Below, in pieces: positions 52,326-64,000 of a stretch of 64,000 nucleotides of DNA. The position numbers were made by a program, and so were the translations under genes. The notes under the pieces were generated by a model. That model did not search any database and was not told the origin of the DNA. It saw only the letters and a program-made list of their open reading frames with translations. Where the stretch lies: contig CM082591.2 in NCBI GenBank assembly GCA_040954595.2, positions 5,859,009 to 5,923,008 on the forward strand, in the 5' to 3' direction. Numbering within the stretch: the stretch's first letter is position 1; every line of letters begins with the position of its first letter. The DNA comes from Balanoglossus misakiensis (taxonomy: Eukaryota; Animalia; Hemichordata).

Positions 52326-53969
52326 CAATGTGTCTGCCATCAAATTTCGGGAGTTGCACATTTCTATCGTTTCTTTTTTAAATGCGGATTAGTGGGTTAC
52401 TAACAACTTAAATGTTGTTTTAGGAAAAGTTTCTGCTCGTGGCCATGTCTGTGAATCACTCTCCTGTGTGACGTCACAGTATTATATTGACCGTGTCGTA
52501 TTTTATATGAAGGAACTAGTAATAGTTACATTTGCATTATAGAAATGCCTTCTAGATACTCATTGGCAAATATTATGCTTGTTGCCCAGTTGCTACATAC
52601 CACGAATGTGAATTCTTCTCGGTTTTGTACAAAATGCAATCCTTTTTTTCAAAGAAAAAAGAAAGAAAGGCGGTTTCAAAGACACCTGCATACAGAAAGG
52701 TGTCTCTGGCGCGCGCTATGACCTCTGTCCAACCACAGTCGCTCTATCACAAAAGAACTGCGGTCTAATAACCAAAGTTGGTAGTAAAGGTGTTAAGGAA
52801 TTTTCATTGGTGGGTGATGTCTGGCGTAAATGGAGACCTAGCCATCAGAAAACAATGTCTGGACGAGTTTTGGTAATTATTGCTAAAAGGCGCGAAAACT
52901 ACAAATAGATTTCAAAACGTGTGAATACGCAACTGACAATAAAGCCACAAAGGCGAAGTTGGACCTAACGAAATTAACCAAGATTTGAGCACTCGCGGGA
53001 AATGCCCATCACAAACTCAAACACACATGGATATTTCAGTGCGGGTGGTTATGGCGACTAGTTTTGTCTCTTTTTAAAAAATCCTACATATTTGATAGAT
53101 GATGTTGCGTAGTTTTACACTAGAAACCTGTCACATAATTATACATGTAGTGTCTTCGGCGCTCCAAATATCCTTTGATGATGTGACGTAATCTTGTTTC
53201 AATCGCTGCTGACGTGCCTGAGTTTGTCTACGTCAAAAGCGGTACTTCAATTTGTCCTTCTAATGAACGCCGAAGATGCGTGGTGTTTAATTAACGGATA
53301 CTCGTAAAACGACAATCGCAAAATTTCCCACGTGGGCACATGTACCGTCTGAGGGTTCGTGACTAATTAAAATTACAAGACAAAAGAACGACAACAAGCC
53401 CTTCCTGTCGTAAGTTTGGATATGCGACAATGCAACGAGGACTTCAGGTTGTAATTGTGTACATTAATACATCGGCAACCCTCAGAAATATGCTACACTG
53501 ACTGAACTTTCCCTTCTAGAAATCACCAGAAATAACGCGTTCACAGGAACAGTGTACATATGACCCTTCCGCCAATCGTGCTACATGTACAAATAAAAAT
53601 CTAAGCAAATGTCAAATAATTCTCAGCTGTTAATAGGAGCCTAACACGTAGATTTAAACGTTTCCTTCAGAAGAACTAAAATAATAAGTTTGATTTTTAA
53701 CGAGAAATCATGTGAGATGCACGATTTGATGAAGCACATGAGTCTTTATATTTTTTTTCATATTGTACACACAAGATATAAATTTGTCAATATCTATTTA
53801 TTTCGGGCGTACACTGTTCTGTATTTCTGCGCATTCAAGCATAGACATCTGCATACAGAAATAAAGTACAAACGACAGTACATCTCACAACAGTAAAGTT
53901 GCTCATTTAAGACATTCCACTGCTTGTTTTTAATGAAAAAAAAATTGGATCGTTCACAGTCAATGAGTT

Positions 53970-54041
53970 GGGGATGTAGCTCAGTGGTAGAGCGCGCGCT
54001 TTGCATGCGCGAGGCCCCGGGTTCGAAACCCGGCATCTCCA
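53970..54041 (+). tRNA. trnA-UGC: tRNA-Ala (anticodon TGC)
   Basis: GGGGATG/CATCTCC acceptor stem with G3:U70, A-box TAGCTCAGTGG, anticodon arm CGCGC-TTTGCAT-GCGCG, B-box GGTTCGAAACC, discriminator A, TTTT shortly downstream. Confidence 0.97.
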
Positions 54042-57000
54042 TTAATTATTTTACCAAAATATTTTGTGTACAATACTGTACAGTAACTTTATACACATAC
54101 ACTACAGACTGAATGTCCTGCACATGGCGCGCTTGCCGGGCGCGCTCAGTGGCTTGCTGCGCGCGCCAGTGGGCTCGGTCCCTCCGGGCCCAGCAGGCCC
54201 ATGGGCCCGCAGGGCTTGCTAATTAAATGTGTTTGGTGGGCCCGCATTCGGGCCCACCGGGCCCAGCTAGCCCATGGGCCCGCTGCGCTTGCTGTGTTTG
54301 GCGGGCCCGAATGAACACATGAGAAGTCTGCCAGTCTTAGAATGAGAAGAAGGCATGTTTGAGAACTCTGGAGTTAAGAATTGGGGTAGCATGTCACCGG
54401 AATAAATTTAATAATAGACGTTTCGTGTGTGTCTGCATGTGTCCGAGATGTAATCAATGTGTCATGGTTTACCACGACAAATTCTAGCTCAGTCTTCTTG
54501 ATCGGGCCTAGATTGATCATTGCAACCTAATCATCAAAGTTAGCAAACATGTAAGATCGTTCGCATTTGCCTGAGGTACCACCTCGATCGGACTGTGACT
54601 CGATCTCTCTACGTGATGTGATGTCGTCGATCGACGCCATGTTTGTTTACATGATTGTACAATCGTGCGTAGCTATGGTCTGACGCAGGGACTCTCTACC
54701 TGTTTCATCGCCTGGTAAATTAGATGGATATTCTCAAAACAGTAGAATGTATATTGTGTTCTGATTGCATTCTTCGTGTGTATCAAACTTTTATTTTATT
54801 GATTTCCTTTTGTTGTCAGCCACATGCGAGTAGCCTTGCCAATAAACAGTCGTGTTTACTCGGTAAACAAGAGGAATCACTGACTTGCCTCAAAAACAAC
54901 AGTAGCAGGTGTAGTTCCTTTCCGTCCTACCTCCATGCAACATACAACATACAATCCGCGTCAAAAAAGCACTCCTGAAGAACTATGAAATGTCTAGCTT
55001 GTGTTCATTCTGTCAAACAATTGCATGGACTCCAGCCATATTCAATGCCAGTTTAAGTAGATCTTAAACTCACCGTCAGTGAGTTAGATACAGGTGCACA
55101 CATACATGTATGACACTATTGTGAAGTAACATTTTTTTATTTTAGAAAATGTGAAAAATAATAGGGAAAATTTTGAGTTTACATAAATGTTACAAACTAT
55201 ACAGCAAGTCACATCAGAGTAGAATAAAAATGTCCTCAAGTACAAATAAACAGCAAAACGGGAAAATGCATCGATGTCGGAACTACTAAAGTCGAGAATC
55301 AGCTCTGAATTTATTCAGTAATCTAGTGCTTGGGGCGGAAACTTTAATGCAGAACACACTCTCTCGATATGCAAATATAACTTATTGAAACTCGTTGCCA
55401 TACGAACAAATGACCAGGAACCATCGACACGGCACAGTCTATATATACATGTACACTGAGAAGCCATAGAGACGTGCATGTTCAAATAGACCTTCTGAAT
55501 AATGATCTATCGAGCAACAACAACAAAAAGGAAAAGATCCTTTGTACATTAAATACGACCGAACTTTGCTCTCGTTTGTGGTACTGTGTGTTTTGAAATA
55601 CAGGAGTCGACAAATGTGACGTGTAATAATTTGTACACAATTTTCTTTACCCAAATACAAAAATGCCTTTCAGCACAGAAAAAACAACAAAGCAACGCCA
55701 TTATCGTTAACACCTAATTGTTTCTCCAAATTTGAAGCGGTCTCTTTCGAAAAGGATTCGTCATAAGAGTTACTCATTGTACAAACTGACCACCTGTCAG
55801 ACATTGTGGATTTTCCTTACATTAATTTCTGCTTTCTATCCGAGTGCAGAACGGGAAAACCCGCTGAGGCTATACCGCTGTCAGAAGAAACAGCGAGGGC
55901 TTCGAACGTACTTTTATTTTTCACACTTAAATCACTGCTCGTAAATTAATGCATCAAAAGTAAAAGTTTCCTTTTTCCTTTTAAATTTAAAAGTATATAT
56001 GGCCTATGTCACGATCAATATTGCGATTGTGTTTATAACTAGCATAGCTGCAATAATTAGAGTGATGGGTAGCTATTTTCGCTTGGTTGAATCACGGTCA
56101 CTCCACAAGGGTCGCGGACGTAGTCAGAATTATGGACGAAAAAGTCGGAACAATCAAGCCCGAGAGTATACTGCGAGCAGTCATACGCATTGATACTCAT
56201 ATGAAATCAACAATAAAGAATAATCTGCATAACAGGAAAAAGAAAGCCTACTGACGACTAGCCTGCACATTAGTAAATCACAGGTGTGAATGGGGTGGGC
56301 CACGGGAGGTAGCCTTTGGTCAGTAGGATCGTACCAGCTACCTCATAAATGTATTTTTCACTAATTTGTGCGATCAAGTTTTTTTCCTCAACATGATCTC
56401 CAATCTATTGCAGATTCAAAATCATATCCAGGGAATCCACAGATCGCGATTCGTGTTTTCTTGTGTTTATATTTAGCTGGAATAATTGTAACGGCACCTT
56501 GTCGCTGTTTTTGGTGTAGATGCCCTGCACACTTACATGCAATGGACCGCAGTTACGTTGCGCGGTCGTGATGTAAATTTAGGAAATAGTGATACACTGC
56601 ATCTATTAAAGCTTATCTTTGTTTCAGAGTAAAAATCTACCCGCTTTATCTGTACTGTATCTCTCAGCGTCCACGGGTGTTACATGTTTATGCTCGGCCA
56701 GCCACGTTCTTCAGGTTGTTATCACCTTTTTGTTCGTCAGTACAATAAAATATGTGTGAACTCAATGAACAAAAACTTCTGAAGTCAGTACATTTTTGTC
56801 TGTGGTTTGTTTTAAAAATACAATTTGATGCGCCGGTCACTAGGATCCTAGGGTCATAGTTCTGAGTGTCAGGCTCATGAAAACAAGAACAATCTATGAC
56901 TCAAATATTAGATACATACTAGTATTGTAATTTGCGTCTTACAAAGCACAATAATGTGACTTCATCCATTTCCCAAACAGAGAAACTACGACAAATCAGT

Positions 57001-57108
57001 CAGAGTATCGACCACACTGTTGTCTGTGATCGACAACACGTATACGCGCGTCCGTTCACCGCGACAATAATGTGTGTAACAATCGTTCAATTCATTCGAT
57101 CAGGCACT

Positions 57109-57987
57109 ATGATCATGCCCCCGCCGATTCCACCAGCGCCCACCTTGTCACCAACACCACTCCCACCACGCCCAGCCGCTGATATTACACCACCGTTCCA
57201 AACTACACTACAGCCGGCAGTACAGCCGATTCTCACGTCTCCGCAGACAGCGGGGATGATTGAGACTTCTCCGCCTCCACTATGGTTCCCTCCTATCACC
57301 GGGGATGTTCTCACACCAGAATCATATATAGACCGGTGTAAGGTCGTAAGTTGCTCTATAGGCAACTTTGCCAAGAACCTTGTGTTTATGGTTTATTCGC
57401 CGAGTGAACGCGCCGGACGTAATTGCACAGGGCGTGTGTTTGGGGGTACCAAACAGAAATTGAAGTTAAGTCCCAGAAGGCTTAAAAAAGTTGAATGAGC
57501 AACTTTCCGAAAATATTTTAGAAATAATGGACGACGCCCTGACCATTAACGATGGTTTATGGGCATGGGCGAGGGGAAAGCCAAAAATTCATGGGCGAGG
57601 CTTCCGAGCCCATGAATTTTGGCTTTCCTCGAGCCCGCGCCCATAAACAAACGTTTATGGTCAGGGCGGAGTCGGTTATTTCCATTATATTACCAACAAA
57701 ATCAAGAAAACCGTCAAAATGTAAATGTCCCACTAGGGGCCCCGGAACTTGTGTTACGCAAAATGTTGTATTCACTGAACTGTTTGCTAGTATTACTATT
57801 CAGATTTACGGGCATGTAAACAAACCATTACTGAGTATTTGTGGTCAGTGACGTCGTTCATCTCGACCAATTAAAATGCGACGCACAGGCCATGGTAATA
57901 TAATCCCACGATTTTCCGCGATCCGCCGAGCGCGACGTGTGGTCAAAACAGTGCATCAAGGCAATCGATAAAGCTCTCCGCCGTTGA
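57109..57987 (+). pseudogene. Decayed Pro-rich + BEN-domain gene inside the CACTA element
   Basis: SCSIGNFAKNLVFMVYSPSERAGRNCTG..KLKLSPRRLKKVE*ATFRKY; after an insertion resumes at 57904 as ..AERDVWSKQCIKAIDKALRR*; matches BEN consensus recalled by eye. Confidence 0.7.
57520..57903. mobile_element. Palindromic element nested in the BEN pseudogene
   Basis: Hairpin TAATGG..CGCCCTGACCAT..TTTATGGGC..AAAGCCAAAAATTCATGGGC with mirror arm to ~57690, then TATATTACCA...TGGTAATATA inverted pair. Confidence 0.7.
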
Positions 57988-60321
57988 TGTTTTTCGTTTT
58001 TTTTTTTGTTTTCGGGGGGGGGGGGGCTTTATCAGCATGTTTGTCGGATTGTCATTCTCTCGTTCAGAAAGGAAATGTTCCCTTGCATTTGTACAACTAA
58101 TGTAGTGTAATTGTGTTTTAAATGCTTAATAAAGAAAACTAACACTGACAACGGACACATTTTGTTCGTAGTGAATTAAACGCCCCTCCCTGAATGGCTA
58201 GTCTGAAATAAAACTTATGTTGAGAAGGAGAGTTGTACATTGATTAACGTTTTCAACGGTGTAGTACCGGTGAAGCAACGATCCAGATACGACTCCGACG
58301 GGAAAAATATTTGAGAATGCTTTTCGCCTGTGCTGCGCCGGTGTTAATTTTCGACAGCGATGACGGGTGGTTCAGATCCAGACCGAAGCAAATATACAGT
58401 GAGAACGCAAAGCACAACCCTGTGGTGACTTTTGATGATGTTTATCTAGGTAACCTATTGTCTCGGGTCAGTTTCCATTGTTGAGTCAATCGATCTGGAC
58501 GCGAGTGGTTTTCTAGCCACTCGCGGTTAGCCGGGTCTGCAACACTTCTGTCTGCCACCAACTTTAGGTTCTTTCGATCGCCGAAAAGACGAGGCGTTTT
58601 CGATTTGTGGATTAACATCCAGTACTTCTAAACGATATCAAAACGGTCATGAAGAAGACGACAAAGTCGTCCAGAACGCATATCCAGGTATAGAAACTGA
58701 GATATGTTGCAATTACATGTCCTCGACGTCCTCAATTTTTGTTAGTTGCCGTGTTCCTAAACATTGCCATTTAGACGGCGTTGATCTCAAAACAATGTCC
58801 GTTTAGTGTGTGGACGCACACAGATTCTGAGGGCTAATCCCATGTTAGCAAGAAACAGGAAGTGCTACGATATTCGTCATTTTTAAGTTGCTGCAATTGA
58901 TCTGTAGTTTGTACGTGTATGCTTTACATGTATGCATCTGTGGTAACATAAAACACAGGTTACAAATGAACATAAATGACTACATGTACATAGTGTTTTG
59001 AACCACTAGCATTCTTTATCTGAATTGGAGGTTGCGCAACTAGACTAGAAAAACCAGAAATGCCATGGGATCAATCAAACGTTTTGGGGTTCAAACCGAC
59101 CGGCTTCCTTGCTGGTAAGCAACCGGTGCGCCAGTAGACTAGCCCACTAGTCGCTTGGTGATTTTTAAATCTAAATAGTTAAGGTGTTTTCGATGTTTTT
59201 TTGTCTTAATAAATAATTTCAATACTTTTTGCGTGCATGCTTGCTTTCGAATTTGGGACTGAGCTTGTGGTTTCGGGTAGCGTGGGTCTACGCGTTCCCT
59301 ACACATAATGAAGCCCATAAACAAGGAGCAAGCCTAGCGCGCCAGGTAAACAAGCGCGCTTCCTGTGACCTGGCTGGCCATGCAAGCCAGGTAGCTCATG
59401 AATATTCAGGATTCAAGCCTGGCGCGCTCAGCAAGCACGCTCACCGGGCCTGGCGAGCAGGGCGAGCCACCTGGCTTGCTGCGTTCAGGAGCAGGCGCGC
59501 CAGGTAGAACAGGACATTCAGTCTGTAGTGTACACTTGTATTTTCTGAATTCTGTGGCAAATCAAATGTACATACACTGTAGACGCCTATTGCTCGTCTA
59601 CTTCAGTAGCCGAGATGCTTTTTTTCCATTTATTGCTCCACTTTGTCCTCTGCCAAGCCCCGATACCTGACCCCTTTCCTTTTAGCGTAGCGCAGCCAGC
59701 GGTGGGAATGGGGCAGGGGACCAGACTAAAGGGTGGGAGATCTGTCGGTAGCAAGAGTTCGCCAAAGAGGGCGCATACGGGGTCAGGTGGCAACGGTGCC
59801 TTCGGTTAGTTTTCGGTACCGGTAACAGAAAGCAGAAGAAGAAAAACAGACCGGCATACAACAATAATTTCAGTTTCCATTATTTTTTTATTATCTACTT
59901 TCTCCATGTTTCGACTGAATTTTAATTGTGGACCTATAGGCACATTGTAATACAAAACTCCATAACACTTGAGCATGTTGACCATACACTTTAATTCGAC
60001 CAGTGAATTTAATTTCATTTGGCTGAGGTATGTGCATAAACCTCAAGAAAATGACAATAGTAATAAGTATACAAGTCAGCTTTTAGTAATTCTCCTGGGA
60101 ACATTTGCATAGTTCGTGTACATTCTCCCCAATTACGACAATGTTAACGAAAGAAAGATTGCACAGGGTCAAAGTTGAAATATTGAAATCTTTTATAAAG
60201 TTAATGTGTTTCGCCTGAGAAAAATGTATTTACATGTGGAAGCGACAGTTGTGAAGCGGTAAGCCTGCATGGCGAAGAGTCAATAGGAAAAGAGTGTCAG
60301 TTCAAATCGAAGCCGTGGCTG

Positions 60322-60891
60322 TCACACCAATTTGTGTCCGAGGTTCTTCTTCCTTACATGAGAATCAAGAGCTGGCCGACCCCTTAACGTCGGCAGTGAT
60401 GTAATGCTTTCCTTGCCACGCTTGACTTCTTTCAGGTATGACGTCTTGATACCCCGGACGGTACTTTCAGGAACAGGACTGCCCAGTTCTTCACTAAATT
60501 TTCTGGCAGCTTTCGTAGCGCCATTGTCGATGGCATAGCGAGCAATCTTCGCGCGCATCTCGCCGCTGTAGAAATTGTAGGTGCGTCTTTTCCGTTTTCT
60601 ATTCATGACGGCGGAAACTTCTTCATTGATGGCAGCGAGATCTTCGGCTGACATATTGAGTTCGCGTAAAACGTCGTCGTTGTTGGGATCGGGAAGGCCT
60701 GGTACAGTGGGAAACGCTGCTTTCTTCGGTGGTTCAGCCGGAACCGGAAACTCTGCTTTCTTCGGTGGTTCAACCGGAACCGGAAACCCTGCTTTCTTCG
60801 GCTGGTCAGCCGGAACCGGAAACTCTACTTTCTTCAGTGGGTCAGCGGGAACAGGCAAAGCTGCCTTCTTCAACCACTGTGCGATAGACAT
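60322..60891 (-). CDS. Single-exon 189-aa protein: five 12-aa Pro/Lys repeats, basic NLS-like stretch and pogo/Tigger-type (Brinker-like) HTH; no DDE domain
   Basis: ATG at 60891; PVPAEPPKKAEF-type repeats; RKRKRRTYNFYSGEMRAKIARYAIDNGATKAARKFS..VPESTVRGIK..RGRP. Confidence 0.65.
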   Translation of the reverse strand: MSIAQWLKKAALPVPADPLKKVEFPVPADQPKKAGFPVPVEPPKKAEFPVPAEPPKKAAFPTVPGLPDPNNDDVLRELNMSAEDLAAINEEVSAVMNRKRKRRTYNFYSGEMRAKIARYAIDNGATKAARKFSEELGSPVPESTVRGIKTSYLKEVKRGKESITSLPTLRGRPALDSHVRKKNLGHKLV

Positions 60892-63534
60892 AGCTTTTCT
60901 CAATCACAGCGCGATGTTCTCAAGACACCAGCTTACAAGCGAATGATAAAACGTTCGATTTCCAGCTCCTTTTATGCTACCCCTTGCTTTCATCTTGCGA
61001 CTGTGAAAAACATGTCCTTTTGGCGGCCATGTCAGGCAAGTCTTTGTTTACACGGATATTCCTGTAAACAACCGATTCTCCATTCAATTCTCCGCAAAAG
61101 GTGTGAAGTGTGACCACCACTGATAATCATTGTTACTGATTGGACCAGTTTTGCGTTTTCAATTTACATAGAGACAATGCATTGGGTGTGATAACATTGT
61201 TCGGAATCACAATTTTGATCATTCAGATTTGCATGATAATTTAGCGTAGGTATTTTATTAGTGATCAAAGCGCGAAAGTTCAAAGGGGAGGGGTCGTCGC
61301 GCCGCGTGGGTGTCCCCCTTGATGAGAATATGTACTCCCATACCAAACCTCACCACAGTCGCCACGACCTAATAGGATCTTCAGCTGCTGTCATATGAAA
61401 ATCAGCAATACATGTAGAATTGTGATAAAACATATTGAAACTCATCACTGTTTTAAATACAACTACATTTTGTATATACAGAGCTACCTTTATACATGGA
61501 GGTATCTCAGACAAGCTCAGCAACTCAGTATTTACAGTGACATTTGCAAAAATTTGGTAAATATGCAAATTAACACCTGATCAGATTAATTAACATGACA
61601 CTAATTACTCAAAGTGCGCGTACGGACAAGCACACTTGTTGAATAAGAAGAGATTTGTGTGTTGATATGTTGTCATGACATTGTCGAAATTGAGATCAAC
61701 TATTTGACCAATCGCACAACTGGCAAAATGACGTCAATATTTTAAAAAAATCACACATCAATCGAGTTAAAACGAAAACCCCAAAAGGGAATATTGTAGT
61801 GAAGGAATGGAGGATACTATTTTTGTTGCTATATTGTAAACCAGGCCTGTCCAAAAGCGAACACCGGCGTGGATAAAGACATTGTTCAGTTTACAGAGGT
61901 GTTCAGTTTATCGAGGTTCTTTTAACATGTGGTTCTATGTCAAGGGGACGGGATAAGGTCTTCGGTATAGACAAGTTTGGATTTGGATTCGGGTTAGACT
62001 GGTTTTAATCGGACGAACAAAAATGTGTCCGATTAAATCAGGCAGATGACTGACCGATGATATGCTCTTCTGGTAAAATGTTTGTTTTTGAAAGGCTGAA
62101 ATGCTTAAACGTCTGTGCGTTCTAATTTTCACTTGGTTTGAAAAGCGTATATCTTCCCGCTAGCTTATACAATGATCATATCGCGCCAATATTTAACCGA
62201 CCAAACTTTATACATGTGTCTACACGTGTAAATGAGATAATGTGGCCGGTTGCAATTTCACAATCGCCCGTCTAATTTCACACCACTTTTTTTTATAAAT
62301 GGACCGTTTGAGCTAAGCGCACTAATACAATGGGTCCTTACATAAAGCACCATTGCGCACCCACTGAAAAGAAGGCGGGGTCTCCCAAATTCATTACCTT
62401 GGCCGAACAACAGGAGAAGCTCTAAGTTTTGCAATGTTAAATTTGTGAGACACAAGGTCGATGTATAATCAATAAACGCACAGTAATATTAGAATTGCCT
62501 TTCATTTTACAACAATAATCAAGGAAAGTGAAATGTCCAGCTATTTTCAATAAGTGGGCAGAGACAGATTAGTAATGAAATCAGAAGCGAATTATGATGA
62601 AGATGAACAACATTCAGCTAAATTGTGAAACAGGTGTACCACTGTAATGATTCACCTGCACATCGAGTTGGACTGGTCTTTGGGCGAGTTTTATTGTGCA
62701 AGTTGAGACAAATGCGACATGAGCATAAAGTGAAGTTTTGGACCTGTCACAGCGTTGTCAAGGAATCGTAGACGCGTTGCACAAACTGATGTGTGCTGTA
62801 CGATTCGGTTGCTAGGTGCGACCCCAATAAAGTGTTGGTAGAATGCCAGGTACAAGCATTCTAAGGGTAGAAAATGGATAAATAGGGAAGTTTTCAACAG
62901 TCGAGAATTAGATTGCAGACGGACAGGTGGCAGGAGGCAAATCCATACCAGTACGACTCAACACAAGACCGGGCATCCCAAAGACCTCACTCATCGACGT
63001 CGTCATACCCCAGTGTTGCCACATCCCTCCCACACACATCACCACCACTACTAACAGTGACTGCTTGGACTCTTCAACCACACTAGTTGGTAAGTAAGTA
63101 CCCACATTACATTCACAAGGTGCATGTCAATCCGATTGGCCGTCACAGCTCCGTGCGATTAACGATCACCATTAGGCAGGTGGTCAGTGTTCTAAATGTC
63201 ACGCAAAAAATCATCTTTTGCAGACGGGCACTTTCATCATCAAAAATGTAAGGCCGCGTGATAAAGTTCGGTACAATATTTATGGTATCATGTTTAAAGT
63301 AGAGAATGTTTCTTCCTGCGTTTCTTGAACGATACCAGCTGTATTACCCCGTTTGCAATATATACAGCATAGATAAAGTGAGTCAAGAACGTGAATTGTC
63401 AAGTGACAGTTGAATGACGTCGGTGAGGGAAAATGGGATTAAGTAAGAGTTCATCTGAATATCTGATGATGGGCTGTCACTTTTCGTTATAAACTACTAA
63501 AGCTTTATTTGTGGTTCTGATTGACCAGACGACG

Positions 63535-63768
63535 ATGGGCAGCACATCAAGATACTTGGCGATCTGGATCTGCGTATTTGCAGTGGTACTGGCGCAGAGC
63601 GCGGCTTTCCCCAAGACTAAGGAACCGCCGAAGAAACTGCCTAAAAAGGCGCTGGTCGACCTGATTGCCCGTAGGCTGCGTCCCAGCTTTGTGAAACGCG
63701 AATTTCAAGCACCGCTCCTTCGTGCTGGAGAGGAGAAAATAGATGACGAATACATTGTTAAATTGAAG
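63535..63768 (+). CDS. S8 protease 3, first coding exon (signal peptide + start of I9 prodomain); truncated by window end
   Basis: MGSTSRYLAIWICVFAVVLAQSAAFP...LRPSFVKREFQAPLL..EEKIDDEYIVKLK|GTAAGA; same phase-0 intron position as proteases 1 and 2. Confidence 0.85.
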
Positions 63769-64000
63769 GTAAGAACATATTTTGCAACGTTGGGGGGAAT
63801 AGTATTAGTATATAGGCAGTGTCCATTCGTCTCCAAGATATAGACAAACCGACATGAGATAGAATCACCAATAAGCGCAAGTTTATTACACTTTTACATG
63901 TACAGAAGAATAATGATTCAAATGTAAGACATTCATCTTTCAGCCTCTCGGGACTATGAGTCACCCACCCCCAACAACAACAAAAACAGACTGTTTCACT

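Larger units (their letters stand above)
54100..59530. mobile_element. 5.43-kb CACTA/EnSpm (CMC)-type DNA transposon, non-autonomous
   Basis: Perfect 21-bp TIR CACTACAGACTGAATGTCCTG (54100-54120) / CAGGACATTCAGTCTGTAGTG (59510-59530); TA on both flanks; GC-rich subterminal repeats (GCTTGC/GCAAGC, GGCGCGC, GGGCCC); no transposase ORF seen. Confidence 0.85.

Noticed and set aside
53794-54112. ORFs overlapping the tRNA
   Set aside because: Typical spurious translations of a tRNA gene
58440-58620. Short minus-strand ORF (..REWLENHSRPDRLTQQWKLTRDNR..) in the CACTA element
   Set aside because: Under 60 aa, with only a vague likeness to transposon accessory proteins

Overview
Eukaryotic, intron-rich, AT-rich genomic DNA; the gene families and repeat types suggest a marine invertebrate (inference, species not determinable). 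Exons were assembled by hand from GT-AG sites and phase continuity. (1) 1-31.5 kb: a family of type II membrane protein genes in tandem and inverted duplications (four complete copies A-D plus the 3' end of a fifth). Each has a short basic N-tail, a signal anchor, a stalk and 1-5 copies of an unassigned ~140-aa Cys-containing domain. The C-terminal head is either a five-repeat beta-propeller-like module with vicinal CC motifs (A, D) or one or two PAN/Apple modules (B, C). (2) 33-49 kb and 63.5 kb onward: three proteinase K-like S8 subtilase genes with I9 prodomains; the two whose 3' ends lie in the window carry PAN-PAN or PAN-CTLD-CTLD-Cys-rich tails. The PAN exons and terminal exon of B/C are homologous to those of the neighbouring proteases, so this looks like a locus of exon shuffling and head diversification, possibly a paired membrane-sensor/secreted-protease recognition system. 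(3) 54-61 kb: tRNA-Ala(TGC), a 5.4-kb CACTA/EnSpm-type element with a decayed BEN-domain gene, and an intact ORF for a pogo-type HTH domain with 12-aa repeats. Many MITEs, palindromic elements and satellites are also present.
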